64,000 bases of DNA from Candidatus Amphirhobacter sp. Lineage in GTDB: Bacteria; Pseudomonadota; Gammaproteobacteria; Tethybacterales; Tethybacteraceae. Shown here piece after piece: positions 1 through 12,692 of the stretch. Within the stretch, counting starts at the first letter, position 1. Every line of letters begins with the position of its first letter. The position numbers and the translations under genes are program-made. The stretch is from the NCBI GenBank assembly GCA_965222035.1, contig OZ244940.1:1287134-1351133 (forward strand). Reading direction: 5' to 3'. The notes beneath the pieces were generated by a model. It searched no databases. It was not told where the DNA came from and saw only the letters and a list, made by a program, of their open reading frames with translations.

Positions 1-513
1 GAGGCCGCCGAGCGGGAACAGCACCTGGCCCAGGCGTTCCGGCGGCATGCGGTACAGGAAGTAGCTCTGGTCCTTGTCCTCGTCCTCGGCCTTGAGCAGG
101 CCGGCGCCGCCCTCTGCGACGCGGGCGTAGTGCCCGGTGGCGAAGCGCTTGGCGCCGAGGGGGCCGAGGGCGTGCTCGGCGAAGGCGTCGAACTTGATCG
201 CCGCGTTGCACCAGATGTCGGGGTTCGGCGTCAGGCCGCGGCGCAGCTCGGCGAGGAAGGCGGCGAAGACTCGCTCGCGGTAGGCGGCGGTGAAGTCGAC
301 CAGCTCGAGCTCGATGCCGATCGCGTCTGCCGCCGCCGCCGCCGCCGCCGCATCGGCCCCGGCCGGGCAGCTGCCGTCGGCGTCCTCCCAGCTGCGGATG
401 AACACGCCGGTCACCTCGTGGCCAGCGCGCTTGAGCAGCAATGCGGCCACGGACGAATCGACGCCGCCGGACATGCCGACGGCGACCGGGCCCGGAGCGG
501 ACGAGTCAACCAT
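1..513 (-). CDS. mnmA: tRNA-specific 2-thiouridylase MnmA, N-terminal part; the 3' end lies beyond the window start
   Basis: Minus-strand translation from the ATG complementary to 511-513 reads [28 protein letters not shown]... with the PP-loop SGGVDSS motif and continues to ...[18 protein letters not shown]. It carries an in-frame (GCC)n run encoding poly-Ala. Confidence 0.85.
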   Translation of the reverse strand, partial: MVDSSAPGPVAVGMSGGVDSSVAALLLKRAGHEVTGVFIRSWEDADGSCPAGADAAAAAAAADAIGIELELVDFTAAYRERVFAAFLAELRRGLTPNPDIWCNAAIKFDAFAEHALGPLGAKRFATGHYARVAEGGAGLLKAEDEDKDQSYFLYRMPPERLGQVLFPLGGL

Positions 514-564
514 GCGGTTAAATTTAAATCGAATCCCCCACCGCCGCCTTTTTTGCCCGCCTGC

Positions 565-1161
565 ATGGACGCCGCCGCCCTCGCCGAGCGCAAGGCCGAA
601 GCCCGGCGCGCGATGCGAATCCGGCTCGCCCGGCTGGACGGCCGCGAACGGGCGCAGCGCTCGGCCGCGATCGCGCGGCGGCTGGGTGAACTGGTGGCGG
701 CAAGCGGGGACGGAGCGCTGGCGGCGTACTGGCCGCGGCCGGCCGAGCCGGACACGCGTCATTTGCTTATTTTTCTTAGCATGGCGCGTCGGTCGCTGCT
801 GCTGCCCCGCGTCGCCGCCGAAGGGCGGCCGCTGGCATGGCACAAGATGTCGCCTTCATCCTTCAGGCTCAAGCCCGGATATCGTGGTCTGGCCGAGCCG
901 CGCTTTGATTCTGCTAGCATCGCCGCGGCGGATATCCCGCTGATGCTAGTCCCGTCTATCTCGGTCGCCAGGTCCGGCGAGCGGCTCGGATCGGGGCGCG
1001 GTTTCTATGATATAACTTCGGCTGCCATGCGCTCGACTATTCTCATCGCCCCCTTGTTCTCATGCCAGCTCGTCGACGCCGTCCCGTGGGTGGAGCATGA
1101 CTGCAGGATGGATGTGATGGTTACCGAGGACGAAGTGCTCGACCTGCGGCCGCGGGCATGA
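565..1161 (+). CDS. 5-formyltetrahydrofolate cyclo-ligase-like protein (MTHFS family)
   Basis: 198-aa ORF with the GSGRGFYD motif, resembling the G-x-G-x-G-Y-Y-D signature of 5-FCL. The ATG at 565 lies 51 bp divergent from the mnmA start. The stop overlaps the dnaA start as ATGA. Confidence 0.6.
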   Translation: MDAAALAERKAEARRAMRIRLARLDGRERAQRSAAIARRLGELVAASGDGALAAYWPRPAEPDTRHLLIFLSMARRSLLLPRVAAEGRPLAWHKMSPSSFRLKPGYRGLAEPRFDSASIAAADIPLMLVPSISVARSGERLGSGRGFYDITSAAMRSTILIAPLFSCQLVDAVPWVEHDCRMDVMVTEDEVLDLRPRA

Positions 1162-2564
1162 CGGCCGCCGCTTACGAAAACTACAACCCGGTCCAGCTGT
1201 GGCTGGACGTGCAGCGCCGCCTGGAGGGCGAGACCAGCGCCCATTTGTTCCAGCGCTACGTGCTGCCGGTGCGCGTCGACGATTACCTGTCGCAGCAGGA
1301 GGGGTCGCTGGTGCTGCTGTGCCCGAGCGACGGCAGCCGCATTTGGCTTTCCGACCGCCTGCGCGGCCGCATCGAGGCGCTGGCCGCGGCGGCCGGGCTC
1401 CCCGGCGGCAGCGCGGTCGTCTACAAGGTCAGCGACCAGCCCGACCTGTTCTTCGCCGAGGACGAGCCCGCCCCGGCAGTCAGCGAGCCGCCGGCGCCGG
1501 CCACTGGCGCCGCTGGCGCCGACGCGGTCCACAAGCGCACCGGCCTGTCGCAGCGCTACACCTTCACGCGCTACTGCTCCGGCAGCAACAACGAGCTCGC
1601 GGTCGCGGCCGGGCGCAAGCTCGCCGCGGGCGAGGACGGCGTGGCAGCGGCCAGTCCGCTGCTGATCCACGGCCCGGTCGGCGTCGGCAAGACCCATCTC
1701 GCCCATGCGATCGGCAACCATCATCTCGAGCTGCGGCCGGGCGCGCAGCCACGCTGCGTATCGGCCGAGCAGTTCATGCGCGAGGTCCAGCGCGCCTTCA
1801 CCAGCAACGGCATCCGCGGCTTCCGCCGCAAGTACCGCGGCTACAGCCTGCTGATCATCGACGACCTCCAGCAGCTGGGGCCGGAATCCAAGCAGACGGT
1901 CGCGCAGCTCGCCTCGCTGCTGAGCTACCGCGACGAGCACGGCCTGCCGACGGTGCTCACCTGCGACCGCGAGCTCGGCGCCTTGCGCGAGCGGCTGCCG
2001 CGCTCGTTGCTGTCCCGGCTGGAGGCCGGCCTGGCGGTACGCATCGGCCGGCCGGACCTGGAGACCCGCATGGCGATCCTGCGCTGCCAGGCGCAGGCGC
2101 TGGGGACCAAGACCCTGGGGGCGGCGCCGGCGCGCCTGCTGGCGACCGGGCTGCGCAGCAACTGCCGCGAGCTGATCGGGGCGCTGCGGCGGCTGCTGTT
2201 CGAGGCGGAGTTCCGCCAGACCGAGCCCAGCGCCGAACTGGCCCAGCGGGTGGTGCGCGACCTGGGCGCCACGCCGCGGCGGCTGAGCCTGCGCCGGATC
2301 ATCGAGGCCTGCGCGGATTATTTCAAGGTGGCGGTCGACGCCTTGCTGTCGAAAAGCCGGGCCGCCGGGCTGGTGGTGGCGCGCCACGTCGCGATGTTCC
2401 TGTGCCGGGAGCTGACCCAGGAATCGCTGCCGGCCATCGGACGGGCCTTCGGCTGCCATCACACTAGCGTATTGCACGCAACGGGCAAGGTCGCCGCGCG
2501 TTTGGGCGAGGATGCGCAACTAGCCGCCGCCGTCGGCGAGCTGCGCCAGCAACTGGCTGGCTGA
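1158..2564 (+). CDS. dnaA: Chromosomal replication initiator protein DnaA
   Basis: 468 aa with the Walker A motif GPVGVGKTHLAHAIGN and the AAA+ sensor motifs. The C-terminal DNA-binding domain contains ...AFGCHHTSVLHATGKV. It sits directly upstream of dnaN. Confidence 0.95.
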   Translation: MTAAAYENYNPVQLWLDVQRRLEGETSAHLFQRYVLPVRVDDYLSQQEGSLVLLCPSDGSRIWLSDRLRGRIEALAAAAGLPGGSAVVYKVSDQPDLFFAEDEPAPAVSEPPAPATGAAGADAVHKRTGLSQRYTFTRYCSGSNNELAVAAGRKLAAGEDGVAAASPLLIHGPVGVGKTHLAHAIGNHHLELRPGAQPRCVSAEQFMREVQRAFTSNGIRGFRRKYRGYSLLIIDDLQQLGPESKQTVAQLASLLSYRDEHGLPTVLTCDRELGALRERLPRSLLSRLEAGLAVRIGRPDLETRMAILRCQAQALGTKTLGAAPARLLATGLRSNCRELIGALRRLLFEAEFRQTEPSAELAQRVVRDLGATPRRLSLRRIIEACADYFKVAVDALLSKSRAAGLVVARHVAMFLCRELTQESLPAIGRAFGCHHTSVLHATGKVAARLGEDAQLAAAVGELRQQLAG

Positions 2565-3740
2565 GCGCGCGGCCGCGCGGCCGAGTCTGCCTAGCCCGGG
2601 ACAGCGTCGCTTCCAGCCGCTGCGGGAAGGCCTGTGGAAGGGCTGGGTGTCTGGTCCACAAAACTCAAACCGGCTAGGGTAACATGGGGCATATGATTCA
2701 TGTCTCTGCCACCTTGATACTGGAAGCTTCCTACGGTACCCAGAAGCGGCGCCGAGCATCGAGTGCTTGCGGCCGATTGAAAAGGGCTGGAGCAGGGCGG
2801 GCGTCACACCACAAAACCCTGACTTGGTTTCCTAGAATCTGCCCCATGATTACGAAGATCCTGTCCCCAGCCACCACCTGGTGCGTGCTGAAGCCTTGGA
2901 TCACCGGGTGCCATGGCTGGAGGCCGTCCTGGATCGCAGGGGGTCTTACGAACAATGGAGCAAGGGCGCCCCGTAGCTGGTGGGACAGGCTGGTTAGACA
3001 TCCGCTCTCATGGCTGTTCTGTTTGATTCTGCATATAGTAGTCGAAAGTTTGGGGGAGAAAGATGTTTCTGAGCACATTTTTTCGGATTCATGGAGGGTC
3101 AAGGCCTCGCTGGAGGCAGCCATTACTGTTGATATATCTTATGGGACCTTGGCGCGGGACACATCTCAAGCCTGCGAAGACCACACAGGCACCTCCCAGC
3201 TTTGCGGCGCCTCTCAGGGCCTTCAGGCATCCTGCGACGGCAAAACAAACGGCCTCCTCTCACTGGATATGGAGCTTGGGAGCGGTCAACAATATCCCTG
3301 GGCTTTCCCCGGTCCTCCTGGCAATCCACCGCCTTTGCTCCGCTATCGCAAGCCTAAACTGCGCTCTTATGGCAATCAAGGGGCGGCGGAGAAGCGCCTC
3401 GCATTAGCGGTACAATGGCCACGCTTCGACTATCCCGGGCCTTGGGAGGGAAAGAGCCAGTCTGTGGTTATCCTGGAGCGCACTTATCGGGCTCGCAAAG
3501 GCACACGAAGGTATCGAGAATTGTGAGTTACCTGTCAGCGCTGCTGTCAGTATCGACGAAGCGGCGCCCAACTCACAGGCTACGCCAACCCTATCGACAG
3601 GGCTATGCACAGCATCCCAGCTGGCGGTTGCGGACCTTGCCCTGGTTATTCAGAAAGGCACAGGCCATACTAGTAGTTGTTTAATTAATCTAAGCGTAAA
3701 ATATAATAGAATACCCTGTTGATTAGGAGCAAGCAAAACG
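2565..3740. other. Candidate oriC: a 1.18-kb non-coding dnaA-dnaN intergenic region with low GC (~50% against ~70% in flanking genes) and an AT-rich stretch at 3655-3735
   Basis: There is no credible ORF; the listed 2684..3526 ORF has a W/C/R-rich, non-protein-like composition. There is an abrupt GC drop. The segment gcgtaaaatataatagaataccctgttgatt lies just upstream of the dnaN SD (aggag) and start. Only degenerate DnaA-box-like 9-mers are present, for example TGGTCCACA at ~2653 and TGTGGTTAT at ~3463. Confidence 0.5.
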
Positions 3741-4877
3741 ATGTTTAAAGTTGGCAGCAACGCCTTCCGCGAGGCTCTCGGTCGGGTCGGCAAGGTCGTT
3801 GACAACAGCCCGCTGCATGAAATCCTCGGCAGCCTGCTGCTGGAGGTCGACGGCGACGAGCTGCGCTTGACCGGCTCGGACGGGCAGCTCGAGATCGCGA
3901 CCAGCTGCAAGCTCAAGGGCGAGGCCAAGGAGGCCGCGGCGATCGCGGTCAAGGCCGCCAAGCTGAGCAACATCGTCCAGTACAGCCCGGCTAAGGACGA
4001 CATCTCCTTCAAGGTCGAGAAGAACGCGGTCCGCCTCGGCGTCGGCCGTACCAAGTACGCCCTCAGCCTGCGCGACGGCAAGCAGTTTCCCAAGCTCGCT
4101 GCCGCCAAGAAGGCCGACTTCGAGGCGGAGCTCGCCAGCGCCGAGCTCGCGACCACGCTCAAGCGCATGCTGTCGGCAATCTCGACCATGACCCATCGCG
4201 TCAACCTCGCCGGCGCCTTTTTCGATTTCAAGGACAAGGGCCTGACCCTGGTCGCGACTGACGGGCACCGCATGGTGATCGAGGAGATCAGCGCCAAGGG
4301 CGCCTCCGAGGCGAGCTTCATCCTGCCGCGCAAGGCGGTCGCCGAGTTGATCCGCCTGCTCGACGCCGGCGCCGGCAAGAAGGTCAAGCTGCGCGCCGAG
4401 CGCAAGGGCGAGAGTTTCCGCCAGGCGGCCTTCGACCTGGGCGACGCCACCTTGACCGCGCAGCTGATTCCCGAGGAGTACCCGGCCTACGCCCGCGTCA
4501 TCCCCGACAGCAAGACCAATTCCAGCAGCATCACCATCGACCGCGAGGGATTGCTCAACAGCGTCCGCCAGGTCTGCGCGGTCCACGACAAGCCCGGCGA
4601 CGTCATCGAGTTCATCGCCAAGGACCAGGCGAGCTCGCTGGAGATCGTCGCCAAGGGCGGCAGCGAGGAGGACAGCGCCGAGCTCGACATCGGCCTCAGC
4701 GGCAAGGCCGACGCCATCCACTGCAAGCTCAACAGCACCTATGTCCAGGACATGCTGACCGCCTTCCAGGGCTTCGACAGCATCGACATGTCGTTCAAGA
4801 ACGGCAAGGAGAAGCTGCTGTTCTGCCCGCATGGCAGCAAGACCGCCCTCAAGTACGTCGTAATGCCAGTGCGCTAG
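3741..4877 (+). CDS. dnaN: DNA polymerase III beta sliding clamp DnaN
   Basis: 378 aa with three-domain clamp architecture and typical motifs (LxLxGxDGxLEI..., ...LKYVVMPVR at the C-terminus). An AGGAG SD lies 12 nt upstream. Confidence 0.93.
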   Translation: MFKVGSNAFREALGRVGKVVDNSPLHEILGSLLLEVDGDELRLTGSDGQLEIATSCKLKGEAKEAAAIAVKAAKLSNIVQYSPAKDDISFKVEKNAVRLGVGRTKYALSLRDGKQFPKLAAAKKADFEAELASAELATTLKRMLSAISTMTHRVNLAGAFFDFKDKGLTLVATDGHRMVIEEISAKGASEASFILPRKAVAELIRLLDAGAGKKVKLRAERKGESFRQAAFDLGDATLTAQLIPEEYPAYARVIPDSKTNSSSITIDREGLLNSVRQVCAVHDKPGDVIEFIAKDQASSLEIVAKGGSEEDSAELDIGLSGKADAIHCKLNSTYVQDMLTAFQGFDSIDMSFKNGKEKLLFCPHGSKTALKYVVMPVR

Positions 4878-4990
4878 GGGCGTCCGCCCCGCGCTGGCCG
4901 TCCCGCTCCCTGGGACGGCCGCTCCAGCAACCATCCATGATCCAGCCGTTCCTTCCCACCCTCCGTCCCGCGCCCGCGGGCAACGCGTAG

Positions 4991-7468
<2,478 letters not shown>

Positions 7469-7549
7469 TCTAAGCGGCATCCGGCTGTCCCTGCCTTGGA
7501 TGACAGCGTAGTTCCGGCGCCGGCTCGACAGCCAGCATAATACGCTCGC

Positions 7550-8836
7550 ATGCCCAAGGCGGCGTTCGACCCCGCGGCGTTCATCTACGGCCTAGAGGAG
7601 AAGTGCCGCGACAGGAGCCTCCTTTTCCGGGGCCAGGACGAGGCCTACCAGCCCAAGGGTGTGCGTGCGGGAGAGTTGTGGGCCGAGTCCACCCTGCGCC
7701 GCGCCTTGCGCAAAGCTGGGATGTCCACCTCCAAGCGCAAGATCAATGAATGGGAGCGGCGGATTCTGGTCGGCGCACGCACCCGGTTGCCGCCGCACAC
7801 CGCTGACGCCGAGGTGTGGGCCGCTCTGCGGCACGCCGGCGGCATGACCAACTCAATCGATTTCACCACGCGGCTGCTTGTCGCCCTGCGTTTTGCCGTC
7901 CAAGGGGTTTCGAGGAAGGGTGGCGCGATTTTTCTGCTCGAGGACGAGGGCCAGCCGCCCGAGCCCGCTTTGGGATATGACATTTTGGCGGCGTCAAGTA
8001 CGTCTTTGTCCAACGGCGCTCGACTTGTTGAGAGCAGTCACACCAGCGAGCATCGCTTCCGGCCTCAGCGACAAGCGAGCATTTTTGTCAACGCCCCTGA
8101 CGGCCGCATCAGCTTTCCCAAGCACACGGACATCATTGTCATACCCGGCAAGTACAAGACCGCGCTTCGAAACCACTTGGAAAGCTCGAAGCATCGTCTC
8201 ACTCACCACAATCTATTTCCTGATTTGCACGGCCTTGTCGCCCTGGAATCGGTGTCGTGCCGCCAGCTAAGCCGAAAGGACTTCGCACGCATCTATGACA
8301 ATCTCGAGAACTTGTTGCGGCATCGTGACTACCTGGTAGCGCAGGGTAAGGAGGATGCTCTGTACCTGCGCGGACAAGTGCATTATTTCCGCGGCGACTA
8401 TGTCGAGGCTCTACGGGACTTCAGCCGAGCGACGCCACCTGCAAAGCCCGAGCCCGGCCGCGAGTTACGCTTATTTTTGAACAGCACCCGGATTTATCGA
8501 GGCGAGTACCAAAAGGCAATCGATGAGCTAGGCGCTATCCCGACAAAATCCCGCAAAGAGCTGGATCACTATCTACTCGCTGAAGCTCACTATCAACTGG
8601 CCCGAAAGACGCGAGACTTCCGTCAGGCACAGCGCAGCATAGATCTTGCCATCCAGAGCAATCCTTATCGACCGATATATTTCCGAGCCCAAATAGCCTA
8701 TGAGACGGAGGCGGGAGATTATGACGAAGCCCGCACAGCAGCTATGGCTTACCACAGCGCGTTTCGAGACGACAGGACAGCGCATGCAATGCTTGAGGAA
8801 ATCGAACGCCGCGAAGGACAAGCCCGGCGCAAATAG
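7550..8836 (+). CDS. Hypothetical protein with an N-terminal FRG-like domain and C-terminal TPR-like repeats
   Basis: 428 aa. The N-terminus has LLFRGQ ... WAALRHAGGMTNSIDFTTRLLVALRFA, which resembles the FRG-domain signature (FRGQ ... lalaQHyGlPTrLLDwT...AlyFA). The C-terminal half has TPR-like helical repeats (YLRGQVHYFRGDYVEALRDFSRA...). The GC is lower than in core genes. A CATAAT -10-like box lies 8 nt before the ATG. Confidence 0.5.
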   Translation: MPKAAFDPAAFIYGLEEKCRDRSLLFRGQDEAYQPKGVRAGELWAESTLRRALRKAGMSTSKRKINEWERRILVGARTRLPPHTADAEVWAALRHAGGMTNSIDFTTRLLVALRFAVQGVSRKGGAIFLLEDEGQPPEPALGYDILAASSTSLSNGARLVESSHTSEHRFRPQRQASIFVNAPDGRISFPKHTDIIVIPGKYKTALRNHLESSKHRLTHHNLFPDLHGLVALESVSCRQLSRKDFARIYDNLENLLRHRDYLVAQGKEDALYLRGQVHYFRGDYVEALRDFSRATPPAKPEPGRELRLFLNSTRIYRGEYQKAIDELGAIPTKSRKELDHYLLAEAHYQLARKTRDFRQAQRSIDLAIQSNPYRPIYFRAQIAYETEAGDYDEARTAAMAYHSAFRDDRTAHAMLEEIERREGQARRK

Positions 8837-8884
8837 GATTTTCAATCTAGCAAGGTAGCAGGGCGCCACCGAGCACAGGCTGCA

Positions 8885-9487
8885 TCAGTTGAAACAGTAA
8901 GGGGGCCTGCCGAACACGCTTCGACTGGGTTCCACCAAGCCGTGGAAAGGGCGCTCGATGGAGAACTTCCGCTTTTTCATGACCGCCGCATCGTACCAAG
9001 GGGCCGTGAGCGGGCGCTCTCGAGTTTTCTCCCCCACTTCCGTGCCCTCGAAGTACATCACGAAGTCGGGGTTGTTGACAGGATCTTTGGAGACCGGCTT
9101 GATCGCACATTCATCAATCAGGTAAGTCTTGCCCTCGTAGTAAAACTTCTCCTTGAGCAGGTTCTGGCTCGGCCGCAGGTCTATCGAAGCTCCGACAAAG
9201 CATGCCCGCCCATTTCTGGGCTTTTTCCGGGGGTTGAGGCAAATCCCGCCGAAGCCATATCCGTTCCGGTAGGCTTGGCCGCGCTTCAGGACTTTGTCGA
9301 CCAGTTTGAGAATTTCGCGTGCGTCTGCCTGGCGGAGTACTGCCGCATAGACCGCTTCGATTGCGGCCCGAGTCTCCGGGGTCAGCCGCCAGAACTTGGT
9401 CTGCTGTGACATCTCGAAGACCATGGGGCTCGCCTCAGTCCAGTAAACCGCTTCTCCGCTGAGAATGGCATTGATGCTCTGTTCCAT
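8885..9487 (-). CDS. Hypothetical protein, tandem paralog 1 of an unknown ~200-aa family
   Basis: 200-aa ORF in the low-GC segment. It is about 65-70% identical to the adjacent ORF 9590..10210, sharing ILSGE..YW.EA.PMVFEMSQ, KLVDKVLK.GQAYR, KFYYEGKTYLID and KDPVNNPDFVMYFEG..VGEKTRERPLTAPWYD. No recognizable catalytic motif. Confidence 0.65.
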   Translation of the reverse strand: MEQSINAILSGEAVYWTEASPMVFEMSQQTKFWRLTPETRAAIEAVYAAVLRQADAREILKLVDKVLKRGQAYRNGYGFGGICLNPRKKPRNGRACFVGASIDLRPSQNLLKEKFYYEGKTYLIDECAIKPVSKDPVNNPDFVMYFEGTEVGEKTRERPLTAPWYDAAVMKKRKFSIERPFHGLVEPSRSVFGRPPYCFN

Positions 9488-9589
9488 AACCGCATTCTAA
9501 CTTAGTTTGTGTTTATATAAGAATATCTTGCCGAAACACAAGTCCGGCGCAAAGAGGATTTGAGCAAGGCCCGGAAGCCAGGCGACTGC

Positions 9590-10210
9590 TCAGGACCCGC
9601 GTGGAATGAAACAGTAAGGTGGTTTGCGGAAGATGTTTCGATTGGGCCGCACCGGGCCATGGAAAGGGCGCTCGATGGAGAACTTCCGCTTTTTCAGGGC
9701 CGCTGGGTCGTACCAAGGGGCCGTTAGCGGGCGCTCCCGCGTTTTCTCCCCCACTTCCTTGCCCTCGAAGTACATCACGAAATCAGGATTGTTGACAGGA
9801 TCTTTGGAAACCGATTTGATCTCGCATTTGTCAATCAAATAGGTCTTGCCTTCATAGTAGAACTTTTCGTTGGCCATGCTCTGGCCCCGCCGCAGATCTT
9901 CTGAAGACCCGGCAAAGTACGTCCGCCCATTCCTGCTCTTTTTCCGGTGGTCAAGGCAAACCAGGCCGATGTCGTACCCCCTCCGGTAGGCTTGGCCGTA
10001 TTTCAGGACTTTGTCGACCAGCTTGAGGGTCACGCGTGCGTCTGCCTGGCGGTCCACCGCCTCATAGACCGCTTCTACCGCGGCCCGGGTTTCCGGCGTC
10101 AGCCGCCAGTATCTGGTCCGTTGAGACATCTCAAAGACCATGGGATTGGCTTCAGCCCAGAAAATCTCTTCCCCGCTGAGGATTGCGCTGATGCTTTGCT
10201 CCATGACCAT
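9590..10210 (-). CDS. Hypothetical protein, tandem paralog 2 of the same unknown family
   Basis: 206-aa ORF, paralogous to 8885..9487. The 3' flank (cccggcgcaaaGAGGATTtgagcaagg) is also shared with the flank of copy 1, which indicates tandem duplication of a ~700-bp unit. Confidence 0.65.
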   Translation of the reverse strand: MVMEQSISAILSGEEIFWAEANPMVFEMSQRTRYWRLTPETRAAVEAVYEAVDRQADARVTLKLVDKVLKYGQAYRRGYDIGLVCLDHRKKSRNGRTYFAGSSEDLRRGQSMANEKFYYEGKTYLIDKCEIKSVSKDPVNNPDFVMYFEGKEVGEKTRERPLTAPWYDPAALKKRKFSIERPFHGPVRPNRNIFRKPPYCFIPRGS

Positions 10211-10229
10211 ATTCTAATCTTGCCGCGAC

Positions 10230-11477
10230 TCAAGTTCCTTGGCGCGCCGCTGTTTCACCCTGCGGGCTTGGCTGCCGACTCTCCTGGCTGGGCGGGTGCC
10301 GGTCCGGATTGAGCGCGAAGGTGCATGCGAACGCCACCAGCATGACGGGAATCATCATGGCGTAGCTGTAGTGCAGCCCGAAGGCCTCGCCGACATAGCC
10401 GATGGCCGGCGGCCCGATCAGGAACGAGAACGAGGCCATGACGCTGACGAAGGCGATGTTGCTTTTCGGCGGGTTGGTGGGCACCAGCCCGGCGGCGGTC
10501 ATGGTCAGGGGGAAGCCGATGGAGACGCCGAAGCCGAGGCAGACGAAGCCGGCGTAGATCAGCGCGAGGTGGAAGCGCCCGGCGATCAGGACCAGCCCGA
10601 CGATGCACAGCCCGACGAGAAAGCGCATCAGCCGCACCGGACCCCAGCGCTCGGTCATGACGTCGCCGGCGAAGCGCGCGACGCACAGGCTGCCGATGAA
10701 GGTCAGGTAGATCGAGCCGGCGGCGGCGGTGCTCCAGCCGGCATGCTCCTGCAGGAACAGCGTCGACCAGTCCGAGCCGATGCCCTCCACCATCGCCATG
10801 CAGATCAAAAAGACGCCCAGGCACAGCAGCACGCGGCCGATGCGGATGCGCCGCCGCGGATGGAACTCCTCGGCGTGCTGCGTGTCGCTGACGGCGGGCA
10901 GGCCGCGGACGATCAGCAGCGCGACAGGGATCGAGACCAGCGCGCAGCCGAGCAGGCCGGCGAAGACGCTGACCTCGAGCGCTCCGAGCGCCACGCCGAG
11001 CGCGCCGCCGCTGAGCTCGCCGAGGGTCCAAAAGCCGTGGGTGCGGCTCATGATGCGGCGGCCGACGATCTTTTCGGTGTCCGAGGCGTGGACGTTGAGC
11101 CCGATCTCGGTCAGGCCGAAGCTGATGCCGATGCCGACGCCGAGCATGAACAGCTGCGGCAGGCTGGTCGCGAGCCCGACGGGCACGACGCAGCAGCCGT
11201 ACAGCGTGTAGCCCGCGAGCAGCAGGTGCCGGGTGCTGACGTGGCCGCGCAGGACGACGGCGATGATGAACATCGTCGCCATCGACGCCAGCGGCAGGCC
11301 CACCAGCGCCAGGCCCAGCTCGGCCTTGTCGAGCCCGGCGTTCTCCTTGATGTCCGGCAGCCGCACCAGCAGGTTGCCGAGCAGCACCGGCTGCAGCGCG
11401 AACAGCAGCCAGACGCCGGCCACCGGCGGCGGCCGCAAGGCGAGGGATACGGGCATGGAAGCGGGAGCGCCGGGCAA
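10230..11477 (-). CDS. Major facilitator superfamily (MFS) transporter
   Basis: 415 aa and highly hydrophobic, with about 12 predicted TM segments. MFS-like motifs are present in the loop between TM2 and TM3 (G.V..R.G). Confidence 0.8.
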   Translation of the reverse strand: MPGAPASMPVSLALRPPPVAGVWLLFALQPVLLGNLLVRLPDIKENAGLDKAELGLALVGLPLASMATMFIIAVVLRGHVSTRHLLLAGYTLYGCCVVPVGLATSLPQLFMLGVGIGISFGLTEIGLNVHASDTEKIVGRRIMSRTHGFWTLGELSGGALGVALGALEVSVFAGLLGCALVSIPVALLIVRGLPAVSDTQHAEEFHPRRRIRIGRVLLCLGVFLICMAMVEGIGSDWSTLFLQEHAGWSTAAAGSIYLTFIGSLCVARFAGDVMTERWGPVRLMRFLVGLCIVGLVLIAGRFHLALIYAGFVCLGFGVSIGFPLTMTAAGLVPTNPPKSNIAFVSVMASFSFLIGPPAIGYVGEAFGLHYSYAMMIPVMLVAFACTFALNPDRHPPSQESRQPSPQGETAARQGT

Positions 11478-11506
11478 GGAAGCGGCGCTATTTTAGGAGG
11501 GCGGCG

Positions 11507-12634
<1,128 letters not shown>

Positions 12635-12692
12635 AGGGATGCGTTTGCGGTAAAATTACCGCGTCTGATTTCCCCTGGGAGAGGAGAGCATC

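Larger units (their letters stand above)
8815..10215. repeat. Tandem duplication of a ~705-bp unit, each unit carrying one paralogous ~200-aa gene plus its 3' flank
   Basis: The unit 8815-9540 aligns with 9541-10215 in both coding and downstream flank, with about 70% protein identity. Confidence 0.6.

Noticed and set aside
130-564. The upstream part of listed ORF 130..1161 and ORF 290..943
   Set aside because: It is antisense or out of frame to the well-supported mnmA N-terminus on the minus strand. The real plus-strand gene starts at 565.
2684-3526. The 280-aa ORF (and minus-strand ORFs 2731..3123 and 2520..2807) in the dnaA-dnaN gap
   Set aside because: Its composition is W/C/R/H-rich and non-protein-like. 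It sits in a region whose GC differs sharply from coding DNA, and no motif was found. The region is more plausibly oriC.
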